A stretch of DNA of 64,000 bases, from NCBI GenBank assembly GCA_036172245.1, contig JAYWIR010000014.1, positions 806,001 through 870,000 on the forward strand. Reading direction: 5' to 3'. Positions 48,401 through 60,400 of the stretch are shown here, one piece after another (within the stretch, counting starts at the first letter, position 1; every line of letters begins with the position of its first letter). Origin of the DNA: Raillietiella orientalis (taxonomy: Eukaryota). Made by a program: the position numbers and the translations under genes. A model generated the notes under the pieces. That model saw only the letters and a list, made by a program, of their open reading frames with translations. It ran no database searches and had not been told where the DNA came from.

Positions 48401-51400
48401 ACCGAATGCGTAGCGTTCTTCTTTGGCCTTTCATGAACTGAGAGATTTTCATTCTCACTGGACGTCGAAGTCTGCACCGAAAATCTGTCTCACTTGAAGG
48501 CTCCTTTGCAAACTCATACAAGAAATTTCCCTCCATCGTGATTGGCTCAACGAGTGTGATGATGTGGTACCTACAGATGACCTAGTCTACAGATGGTCTA
48601 TCCCACTGGCCTTTTGATCGCATAGGAAAACAGTCAGTGCTTCTGCTCAGAGATCTCACTTTGCAGGACATCTGCAGGAACTCAGAGGCATCCATTGGGA
48701 TAATAATGGAGTCGGTGGACATGAAACCCAGAAGACTCGCAGTTTCTTTCCTCAAAGGAGATCTACTACAGTGCGAGCCCCATTGATCAACAGCCCGAGA
48801 GCACATTCCCAAATGGACCACCTGGGCTGTACCCTCAGAGGATTCCATGCACGGGATCCTCTATTGAAAATTCGGCAGATGCTCGCCCGAGAAGAGTGCA
48901 ATACCAGTACAGCCTCCTGAGAGTCTCGATACGGCTCGCACCATTGCAGCCCGGCTCGACACAGAACCCAGCGATAGCGCGCAGGCGAGAAAAGCAGAAA
49001 GGCCTGAGAAGAGGGAAATTCGAGGCTGCTTCGTCGCATTTACGGGATGGAGATCGCGCCTTTCTGTTCTTCCCTTTCCTCTGCATAAACCATGGAGGGT
49101 TTTTCTGATTGATCGAAAGAGAGGATCTTTAAATGCTATGGTTTCGGGAATATCTAGTGAATATCCGTCTCGACACATCCAGAGAAACACACGGGAGTTA
49201 GCTTCTCCTTTCTGGAACCATGCTGTCGCGAAAGAGCCATAGGAGAATTTCATCAGGATCAGGAGAGGCAGCCCTCGTGCATCAGCAGCTGTCCAGGTGC
49301 TCTTCAAGCTCCACAAGTTTCCGTGCATCGGAAGCGTCCGATGGCCTCAGAAAATCATTTGTGGATTAGAAGGAGGGATCCGCAAATCCTTATATGAATG
49401 CTGCATAGCAAGACGACTTCGCGGTCCTTTTCAGGAGCCCTCGACCCTTCTTGCGGATGTCCGTCGAAACGATTTCTCTTTAACTCTTAGACTATGTAGG
49501 AATCCAGAAGTCTTCTTGATCGAAAGTGGATTTGTCTCTGTAGCACGGTAAAAGCCACCACAGCGACTGAGTCTGCTGAGCGCATTGGCTCGCGGGATCT
49601 GCTCTTTCGTCCGTACCCTGGTAGATGCGAGCACAATGACCAGATGATGGAAGACGAGCTTCCTCGACGACGTCTGACAGGTGAGGTGCGGGGTCCTCGC
49701 CTTTCTATTTGCATCTCACTCACGCCTCAAAGGTCCCCTGAATGCTACCCCTTGCCTCCGTTTCCTCTCTACTCCGAGGGGAGAACCGCCCTCGGATGAG
49801 GGTGCGCTGAAGAGTCTTGAGCGGTAGCGGACAGCTCACCTCGAGCGAGGACTCGTAGCGTCGCGAGGGACTGCGCAAGAGTGTTGAGCTTAAGACCCCG
49901 CCTCTAGTGACACCTTTGCGGTATTCCCCGCTGTCTATTCGACGTGGAAAGAGAAGAAAGAGAGTTTCTAGGGGCTTCAGTTGCGCAGTGGAATTTCGTT
50001 GAGCAACTTTGAAGGACACAACCGTTAGCGTTTGTGTTTTCGCCGAGGAATGGTTTCCAGGCAGCATCCAAGAACACACAGAAGACGAAAAAGGAACTAA
50101 GGGAATGGAAAGTCCCCCCTTGATGGAAGTCTCATCAAGGGTGCATGGGAGGACCGGAAACGAAGGAGTTAAAAGTGCGCAAGCGCACCCGGGGGCACGC
50201 ACACGGAAACGGACACGTTGAGTAGCGTTCCAAATAGAGCTGCTGATGCAGAGAGAGGAGGAGCGAGGATGAAAGCGCCGTCCATAACGGTTAAGAAAGA
50301 AACACGGAGGAATGACGGCGCCAGCAATAAAGCAAGGTTCTCATTAAAGCAAATGCTGGTATTAATCACAAAGCCAGAAACATCGAGGTAAATACTATAA
50401 GTGGAGGGTACCACGTCCTATGCTTCTCCGGCCCCTTTCTGCCTCCCATGTGCCGTGCGTCAGAGAAGTCGACCGAGCGGGAGGCGAATCCCGTTCCGCG
50501 TGTCCTTGGGGCACCGAGTAACAGGAAGTGACACTGGTACCTTTTCTGAGGGAGACGCAGAAACAACTCTCCGCTCCGTGGAGATGGGCCTCTGAAGGGG
50601 AAAAGAGGTAGGCGGGAATCACGAAAAGCAAACATTGAAACCCCGGTGGGTGTACAAGACCGCACAAAGACCTCAGTATGAAGATCACCTACGACTCGTT
50701 GGAAATCTTCAGGGGATTTTTATTTTCATTTCTTCAAGATCCCCCGCACTCTTGACTTTCAGAAAAGGGCAGCTTCGAGTCCAGGGACAGCAGTGGGATC
50801 GCCTGAGCGGATCCAGAGGAGGCGAGGAGAGAGCGGACATGCTCTGGAGTCTCTGAAAGGAATGCAAGTCCGGGAGCCTCTCACTGCATGGCCTCACTAG
50901 CGGCTTTTGCAGGAAGCCATCAAAGGGTAAGGAGGGAGGGCGCGTGGGGGGTTTCGCTCCGCGGGAATGCCGGTTCCAATCATCTCCTCTCCTCTTCCCC
51001 CGCCCTCCTCCCCGGCGTTCATCTGAGGCCATGCAGTGAGAAGCGTCATGCAGTGAGACGTCACAGGCCGGCTTTTTCGGTCTCGGCACCAGGAGCCCTG
51101 TCATTCATCTCTCGGCGGCTTATGAAGCTGCCGTCCGAGCTGTTGCTGAGCGTCAGGGTGCCGCGCTGCTCCTCCCCACTCCTTCCGCCTCCTCAGCTCG
51201 GATCCGCGGTACTCGTAACTCCATCGGATCACGAGCTCCGCATCTGCCTCGCCTCGGGGTTCCTCAAGCTTCCGCCCTGGGAAACCTTTGCTTCATCATC
51301 GGGAGGCGCTTCAGTTCTCTCCGCTCTCGGGAACTGCGGCAACCCCCCTACCCTCCTCCCCTTTCCTATCACCCTGTGGTCGTCGATGCTGAGCCCCTTC

Positions 51401-54400
51401 CCTCGCCTCCTTTCCCTGCTCCACGTCCGCAGAGCTTCCCAAGGCGAGAAACTCGGAACTTCCGAACGCCCTCCAGCGCGAAGCCACTGCTCACCCACGG
51501 TGGTCGACGCGTCCTCTGGAGCGCTTTCGTTGCCGGCGCGTCCTTAAGGTAAGTCTTCTGAAGGGACTCTCCGGGCCACAGCAACCAACCGAGACGCGGG
51601 GATTTTCCTGAGGAACTCCTGGTATTCTAGAAGAGGAGCGGAGAGGACCGGCAGCTTTTCCGATCCGGGGCACAGTTACACACTTCCTGAAAGTGTGAGG
51701 CCAGTAGCGCCAGAGAACGGAGATGAGATGTCATCTCTGGACAGGCGGAGCCCCACAGGGCAGCAGCCTTGCGGGAGGTCTCGGCCTTCCTAGCACCGGT
51801 GCTCGAGGATGATGGAAATCCCTCTTTTCTGTCTTAGCTGTTTTCGCAGCTTTCTGATGCTGCTCTACGCCACCCGAGGCTGCATTAATTCTTCAAGATA
51901 GGGGATGCCCCGTAGAGGACCACCCTATAAATCCAGGAAGGACTCGGAGTCCGTTTCTCTCACACCTGGAGAGGTTCCTGCAAGGGAACCTCCACTCTGG
52001 TTGTCTCCGAAGGGGAACCCCGAAGGGAACTTCCTTCCTTATTCTCTCCGGAGGGATCCCCCAGAGGGATTCCGTCCATTTTTTACTTCTCTGAAAGGAA
52101 CCCGCGAGGGAGGTGCTCCTGTTCATCCCTCTTAAGAGAACCCCGAAGGGACGCTTCCGAAATTCAGAAGGGCGCTGCTTCCCCGGAGGGAGCGGCTCGC
52201 TTCTCCACACTTTCTGGAGGGGTGGCGACACACTTACTCCACGGAGGATCCCGCAGGAATGAGGTCCGATCCTTCACAACCAAAGGGGAACTCCCACTCC
52301 TTGATTCCTGGAAGGACCCGAAGGTCGATTCCCATTGTCCCTGCCCTCATCGGGAGACATCCGGTTTCAACCGCTACCATTGCCGCACCCGAATGAATGC
52401 AGGACAACCAGCGTCACCTTGCGGAAGGAGCTCGCACCCACGACGCACTACGTCGATTCTTTTCGGAGTATTTCGAACCTGCGACGATTGGTGGTGCCAC
52501 GCGCGGAGGCCACCTTAATCACACGGACTTCGACGCGGGCGTTCCGGGACACAATTCCTAGAGACGTGGGGCCAGTGGCTCCAGAGAACGGAGGCGCGGC
52601 GTCATCCCTGGGCAGGTGGGAGCCCGCAGGGCAGCAGCCCCGCGCGAGGCCGCGACGTTCCTCGTACCGTTGCTCGAGGAAGGTCGCCTGACAACCGGAG
52701 ATCGAGCCATCCCTGACACCCTTCGTTCTGCGTGATAAACTTGTTTTTCAGGGTCCCGAGAAGCGGACGGACCGGCTCTTTTCGCGGCACCGGCATCACC
52801 TAGAGCGGCGTCGAAGCGAAGTGCCGCAGATGCGTAGGCTCTCCAGCGCGCGTCGAACTTGGATTGGCACCCATTTGAAGTTGCCTCCCCTCCCCCACCC
52901 CCTTATTCGAGGGGCCCGGGCACTTTGCGGATCCGTGATCGCGCGGGCCCGCCGCCACCTGGTGATCTCAAGGCGAGGCGCCGGTGGAGTCCTGGAGCGC
53001 TCGATTTCTCTCTGCCCCCGCGTCCGATTGCAGAGTCCCCGGGCAACTGAGGCATTCCGACGTGCTTCAGAAGAGTGCGAGTGATAGCGGGTGCGGAGGA
53101 GACTTCCGAAAGAACTGATGTAGCGTCAAACTACGGACCTCACGAGATGGGGAGGGAGGGTGCCCAGCGACCTGCATGTCATCCGGTTTAGAAGTCACTC
53201 AAAGACAAAAGGAAAACCAGGGGGAAAAACTGACAAAAGGCGACCCAGAGGTGAGGAATCTCACGGGAGACCCTGGAAGCCGGGAAACACTCTAAGACCC
53301 TTTTTGAAGGGAGGGTTGATTTCTGGAGGATCGCGGAAAATCTTGCGTCATCAGGGCTGATCTCATCATGTCTTCGTCCTCTCCGCAGTGAAAGCAACTC
53401 TGAACATCCCAATCAATTCCAGGGGACCCTCAAGAGGTCAGCAGATTCTAGGAAGGGTCTCAAAGCCGCTTTAAGAACCATCTCGGAGACGCGGGGAAGA
53501 AAATGACAGTGTGGACCTGGGACTCGGGGGTGACGACTGCTTCGTAACCTATCCCCTTGGAAAGGTGCGTGCTCCTCCTACCGCATCCCCTTTTCCCACT
53601 TCCTCAAAGACTGAGTCTTGTTCTCATCTGCTACGCGCAGATTGGAAGGCGCGCGGACCAGCGGCAGGACGGGATTACCATCGGAAAAAAGTTCGCAGGC
53701 ATCCCATAGCATTCCAGAGAGCGCCCTGAAACGCACTTGAAAGCGGAATGAGGTGCAAGTGAGAACACTACAAGATGGCGTCGGGAGCGTCCGACGGAAA
53801 ATATTTGGTTCAGACTGAATAGAAGATCTCAGGATTCGGACGGAACGATGGAGCTGGGAGCAGCTGAAAGCATTTTCTGACGAGATCCCGTCCGCCTTTC
53901 CTCCTCTTTCCTTATCCTTATTCCACGCCCGTTCATCCTGCAAAAACTCTCAGCGCCCTTCCAGATGGCACTCCCGCATCGGTGGTTTCCGGATGCCCTC
54001 TAAAGTGGAAGGAGAATCGGGAAGCTGCAAACAATGATACGTTCCTTGAGCTGCGTACCGAAGAGGTGGAACGCGGGCGCCGGACGCGGAGCTTCCCCGC
54101 CGCGATGGCGCGAGCTTCAGGCGAGCGTATATCGCCTGCTGCCGTTCCCTTCCTGTATGCGGGAGCTAGTTCCCAGAGGAGCGAGGGCCCCAGTCGACCA
54201 GACGAACCTGGCGACTCGCTGCGGCCTGAGAACGCCGCGGCGAGCGGATGCAACGCTGCGTCGCCTCAGCAGCGGCGCCGCTGGGCGGATCTCGTCAAGC
54301 GAAATGTATCCCACCTGTGACAGCGCAAGAACGAGGAATGCTATGAGCTACCGAGGCGGGCGCGAGAGATCCAGCCCGTGAAGACCCTCCCCAGACATCT

Positions 54401-57400
54401 TGCTCACCGGGGTACTCAAGGGAATCGTCGCTTTCCCCACGGACGCGAACCTTGGCAGTTGCACCGCAGGATGAAGACAACCGGAAGATTCGCTCGTCGA
54501 GGTGGGGACGGCCTGTGGGGGTGGGTAAGCAAGAGTTTACAAGGTCAGGTAGAATCCGAAGAACGGAGAACCGACATGAACTTTGACCCCGCCATGGAGA
54601 AGAAATTTGAGTGGGAGGTCGTCATGGCGCTCCTCGATTGAAAAGCACAGAGTCCTGGGAAAGATCACGTCGTGGAAGGCGCGAGAGGTTGCGACCACGA
54701 GCTGCTCAGCAGCTGAGGACAAAGAAGGGGCGGGAAAGGCTCGTCTGAGTGGATTGGGGTGCGGGACTGGGATTGACTTCCCTCGGATTCCTGGAACGCC
54801 GCCGCGCAGACAGCCGAACAATCCCCGTAACCAGGAGAATGGATTCCTCCGCTAGCGGCCTTTCTGCACTTCCGAAGTTAGAGGTCAAGTTCGGCGTGTG
54901 GTCCTCGCGTGCTCCGGCAGCACCGCGCCGGCGAGACTCGCCGCTTCAAGAGAAGTGGCGAGTCTCGCCTCAGATGCACTGCCGTCGGTGCTGGTGCGCT
55001 TCCGGCCACGATGTGCCTCCCCCGCCCTCGTGGACGGGCCGCGTCCTTCTCACTTCACGTTTCGAGTCCCTGCTCTCCCGGACCTTCCTTTAGTTCTTGC
55101 AGGAAAAATGATTCTGAGGACGTCATGGCAACCCATCTTCTCCCCCCCCTCCTCTTCCCTTCAAAAAACCAAAACAAAAACAAAGGATGGGGCAAACGCA
55201 AGCAGGCGGGAGGAATGCTCCTGGAGCTTTGCGGATCCGTGATCACGCGGGTCCGCCGCAGCCTGGTGATCTCGAGGTGAGGCGCCGGGTGGAGTCTTGG
55301 AGCGCTCGATTTCCCTCTGCTACCGCGCCTGACCTCAGAGGGGATCCCTCTAGCGGGAAAGGCGGCTGAGGTGCTGCGGCGTGCTCCAGAAGGGTGCGGA
55401 GGAAGCTTCCGGAAGAACTGCCGTAGCATCAATCTGCCAACCTCACGAGATGGGGAGAGGGTGCCCAGCGACCCGCAGGTTACCCGGTTTCGAGGTCACT
55501 CGGGAAGTTGCAGCTCACGGCTTCGTCGGGATCAGGAGAGTGCTGATAACTGATAGGTCTTTGCGGTCGCGGCGGCATGGGACTTTTTCAGCGCAGGCGT
55601 CGTAGGATCCTGAGATAATGAAATCAAATAAAAGGAAAACGGGATAATTTAAATAAAATGAAATGAAAACGGGATGAATAATGAAACAGGATGAAAAAAA
55701 GAGACGGCAAACAGAAGCTCAGCTGGGAGGAACGCAGCAAAGAAGCCATGGATTCGCGACTGGGTGTATCTGCGTCCCTCCTCCCCTTCTTCCGGAGGGA
55801 GGGAGTGCTCGTTCGCGGTGACAGTCCGCTCACTAGCCACCCCGGACATCCGCGAGCGGTCAGGTCAGGGTTCAGGGTTCACTACCGGCTCGCGGCAAGA
55901 TTAATGCCGTCGGTAAAGAAATGACGGCTTCGCACGTCGCGCTGGGACAAATGCTGGCAGAGACCGGAAGGACGGGAGATGGACGGTGCTCCTAGAGAGT
56001 CCGATTTTCGCCTGAGAAAACAAAAAAAATCCGCGGTTGCCTTGCAAGTCACAAGATGGGAGGGATTTTTCTCCTCCTCTCCCACGTCTTCATAGCAATG
56101 CGTTCCATTCCTCCCAGCCATAAACAGCGATCCAGGTCGCCGTCGTATGTTTCTCGCGTCTTCCTAGAAGAGACCGCTCTTTCACGTGCTGTTGCTTGTT
56201 TCTGCCGGCTGTTAATTATTGCAGGATAACCGCAACCGGGAGACGGCAAGAATGCTAATCGGAACGCTCTCCCGTTCCTCTGGAGCACGAAAAAGGCCGT
56301 CGTCCTCTCCGTTCATCCCTCACGTGATTGTGTGATCATGGAAAATACGACATCGGTAAATACGGACCTCGTGGATGGCAAGCGGTCAGCAAGAGGGGGA
56401 GGATTACAGGAAGTACAGGGGAGGGAGGGGGGAGGGGAGACAGCAGGAACTGGCAAGCGGTCTCGAACGACGCGATTGCACGCGAGTGCCTGTCACCTCG
56501 ATCGTCGTCTGCTCGAAATTCGCTCCGCCGCGCGTCTCGAGGAAGGGCGACTTTGAGGAATGCACCGCTCCATTAACGGATCCTGCGGTGTCAGGGAAAC
56601 GGCCTCGCTAGGCTGCGAGGCTCTCGGCGAGGGGCAGCAGGCAGGCAAACGGGCGGAGTGGGAGACCCCTCCTCGCCCGACCCCCAAACCGAATCCGCTC
56701 CATGCGTGGTGACGTCACGGTGCGTCTGGTTTAAACCGCAGAGGTGGTTCGGACGACCTCAGAGAACCAGCTGAAAGGCGCGAGTGGGTCTTCGCCGCAG
56801 GCACAACTGGTGCTTGGAAGACGGAAAAACTTCCGTCATTTGGTTCGCCCTCTTACCCCATCACCCGGGATGCCTTGGTGACTTGGATAGCCTCAGATAA
56901 CGTAATGATTAAAGGCGTAACTTTGTGTTTCCATGAGAGAGGAAGGATCCTCGGAAAGGATGCTGCGCGTGAGAGTACAGTCGTATCGGAGAGGGAATCG
57001 AGCTATCTGAAATCATCGATTCTCCAGACGCTTAATTGATGAGCAGACTGATTTCCATTGGCCGGAGAAGTAAGTGGCTCGTGAAGCACGGAGATGAGGG
57101 ATGAAGAGGACCGCAGAAATGCAAACAGAGTCTGTAGTTCCGAAACGGAACTCAGCTGGTGAATCATGCGCGAAATTAAATTAGGATTATTTTGCGAGGT
57201 TAATTGAAACCGGGCGAGCCATCAAAAGGGAAAAGGGGGCCAGCACGAGCTACGAGAGGAAGCACTGGTCTCCGATCCTGTGGCAGCATCATGAGGAGGA
57301 GGAAGAGGGTGAAGGGAATTATTTGCAGGAGATTCCAATCACGAACGTAGCCTTTCACGCGAACCAAAGACGTCCATTCACGCATGGAGCTGCAGTACGC

Positions 57401-60400
57401 AGAAATATCCTGCTCTATGCCTTCGAAAGGAACGCCCTCCTGGAAGGGCGCTCCACCGGTAACCTCACGGCCTCCCTGTAGTTGGCGTCCCCGAGGCACC
57501 GGGAGCGAAGCAGAAATTTCGAGCAGCAGAAGGGTCCCAGGGAGCGCGAGGAATCTTGGACTCGGACTAGAGGAATCTACTTACCCGAACGTGATGGAGA
57601 ACGGGAAGATTTCGAAGAAAGTCGCCGCGGAGACGGGCACGTTAAGATCGATGTTCTGCTGATTCATGACCTCGTCGTAGAACCCCTTGTTGTCGAAGTT
57701 GATGTCGAATATCACGTGGTTGGTATCGTTCACCTTGTCCTGTTTGATGATGGTTATGACGATATCCGTGTCATAGAACGCTTTGGCCACCTGCAATTCA
57801 GGACTCGTGTAGTCTTGGAAACGGATCATGGCTGCACACGAGCTTGCTGGCACACGAGGGTAGTTAGGGAGAACAAAGCCCTCCACACTACAAATAGCAC
57901 TCCTTCCGTACGGCAGCACCGTGCAAAACTCGGGCAACGAAGCGGTGTACAACATGAGCGGTGATACTTCCACAGTGGATAGTACAAGGCACGGCTCAGT
58001 ACAGCAGGTGATCGCGGGCTCTCGGACTCAACAGGCAGCTCAAGCTTGAAAAGTTCAACACTGCCACTCCGTGGATACCTCTGTGGATACTACTCCCCGA
58101 GTAGCCTGGACCTCCCAAAATGAGACTCCTATTCCACAGGCACCAAGCAAAATTTCTTCAGCTCTGATTCTACTCAAGCGGGATGACCAGAAATTTTAAG
58201 AAAACACCGCGTCCCATGGCTGCAAGGCGAAAGCAAACGCGTGGTTTGCATCTGAAGGAAGAAGAAAGCAAGCAAACAAACAAAGGAAGGTGAGTGGCAG
58301 GTGCACGGACCAACAGTGCCTGTCTTGGGAACCACCAAGATCCTTTTTGATTGATGGCTTCAATATTGCTTCATCCCTGCAGACAACTTGATTTCAGACG
58401 GAACCTGGAAAAGGGAGCTTAGCAACCCTGGCTTATGCCACGTGAGGTGCATTTCCCATGGGGCAAAAATAGCCTTCGATCTCCTTTCCTCAGGAGTCCT
58501 CTAAACGTTACTAGCCAGGCGAGGGAAGATCCCATGGTCAGCTTTCAGATAAGGAAATGGTATCGGTGAATCCAAGCGGATGATACATTATCTTCGCAGT
58601 GTGCAGTATCCTCAAATAATGAGCAACGAGTCAAATAGCCAACCCGCCCCACAGCAGCCGGCATATCGAACCGACGTGATCGGAAAGGCAGTTCGCCACC
58701 ACGAGTACATCGAGAGACAGCCGAGGAAACAGAAATGGCATCGAGGCGACGCGTGGGAGGGGTTCCTCCTGGAAAACAGAGATAAAGAAGGCACCTCCCC
58801 ATCAAGCATTCCATGAGATGAGAGCGGAAACAAGGAGCAAGGTTTCCTCCGACCTCAAGCATCCGAAAACCTCTGTAAGGCTGGAATCGAAAGTTGCATG
58901 CCTTCACCATAGAAGTACCTGTGCCCCGCCACACGTGCTAAGACTAGAAAATGGCTAAAGGCCTGGTTCAGGAGGGACATGAAGCTTGGGCGTCTTGGCG
59001 AAGACTCCTGGAAGCATCGGGAAGGAGCCGAAAGAAAGGGGTGGCGTGAGGGGGAAGTGGAAAGCAACTGTCTTGCTGGAGGCTTCAAAGCGCAACACAC
59101 TTTTGCATAGAAGATGAAAATCATGAAACTTAGAAACTTTCATTCTGAGATTACAAAGAAACGCCACACCTGTCTCGAATCTCTTTTCAGTTGCCCCTCT
59201 GCATGTTCTCTTTATTGCACGAACTCGTGCCGCACAACACCAGGGATGATGTTTATAGTGGCACGACCTTGAAACCAGTGGCGCAAGGAACGGATCCTCT
59301 CCATCCTGCTCCTTGGCGCTTAAATGAACCAACAAATGGAATGCTGCAGTTTGCAAGCGCAACACCGAGATGCCTGGAAGATCAAGTCTTCTCTCTCTTT
59401 CTCCCTCTCTAAGACGACATCTCTGAGATCCGAACTTCAAGGAGACCACCGGCTGACCCGGTGAGAGAGGCACCCCAAAAGTCACGGAATCAGAACGTTG
59501 ATGTGCAGCCGAGCAGATTCTCTCCACCTGTCAAAGGTGACCTGGGAGATCGCGGACAGCCGTCCGGTTCGCCCACTGTGCACTCCAGAACAAGCCCACG
59601 GAACCTGCTGAGGCGAGGTCTCGCTTGAGAAGAACACGCGTACTCAGGAGTGCATTCATCGTAGAGCACCTGGATCCGAAGTTTCTGAACGTCAGGATGA
59701 CCGCCGTACACAAACGAAGGAGCAGCTTCCTGTGTGGACGACGGTCATCACGAGGTTTACTTTTTCCGGAAGGAGCAAGAATGTATGAGGAGAAGGGAAG
59801 CTATTGGCCTGGGGCAGGCGCCACGACCGCCCAGCACAGTTCTCCAGCTCCTCCGAGAAAGTTGCAAGCGGCCTGCACCAAGGACCGGTCACTTCGAATC
59901 AGCTACCATCTCGTCGAGCCCCGGGGGAGGAAAACAGATGACTCGGAGAAGAGGGGAGGGGGGACACTCGGTCTGCACTCGTGAGAGTGGACGAGGCGAG
60001 AAGCACGTCCGCCCGCGGCGGCGACCTTTTACGGGTGCCGGACCTCACCTGTGTTATCAGTCCCATGGTGTAGTGCACGAACCCGTTCCTCCTGCTGCGG
60101 TAGTGCAAGGTCAAGCCGTTCTTGGTCTCGTTTTCGCAGAAGAAAGACGGGGCATTCATCTTCGGGTAGGAGAACTTCAAATATTCATGGAGGTTGTCCA
60201 GTCCTGCAAAAATCGATCGGCACTCCGTCAGTCGAACATCGGCTCCACGCCACTCGTCTGCTCCGCGGAGGGCGCACGTGACGTGCCCGCACACGTTCTC
60301 CGCGGAAGCCGCGCTCCTCGGCCCCGCGGAGCGGGAGATCCGCGGGAACTCTCGCGTCAATCATCCGGTGCCACCAGCTTCTTGCGAGGGGGACGTTCTC

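Noticed and set aside
48860..49600. Tc1/mariner-like echoes (WFQ..., DLHP); similar weak echoes near 23.9 and 41.7 kb, MULE/FLYWCH-like near 58.6-59.9 kb, LINE ORF1-like near 44.2-44.8 kb, transposase-like at 1.3-1.7 kb
   Set aside because: Too degenerate to support by eye; needs a frameshift-aware HMM search.
51915..52325. Repeat-spacer-like periodicity suggesting a CRISPR array
   Set aside because: Units are degenerate, the variable halves resemble each other, there are no cas genes, and the context is a eukaryotic intron.
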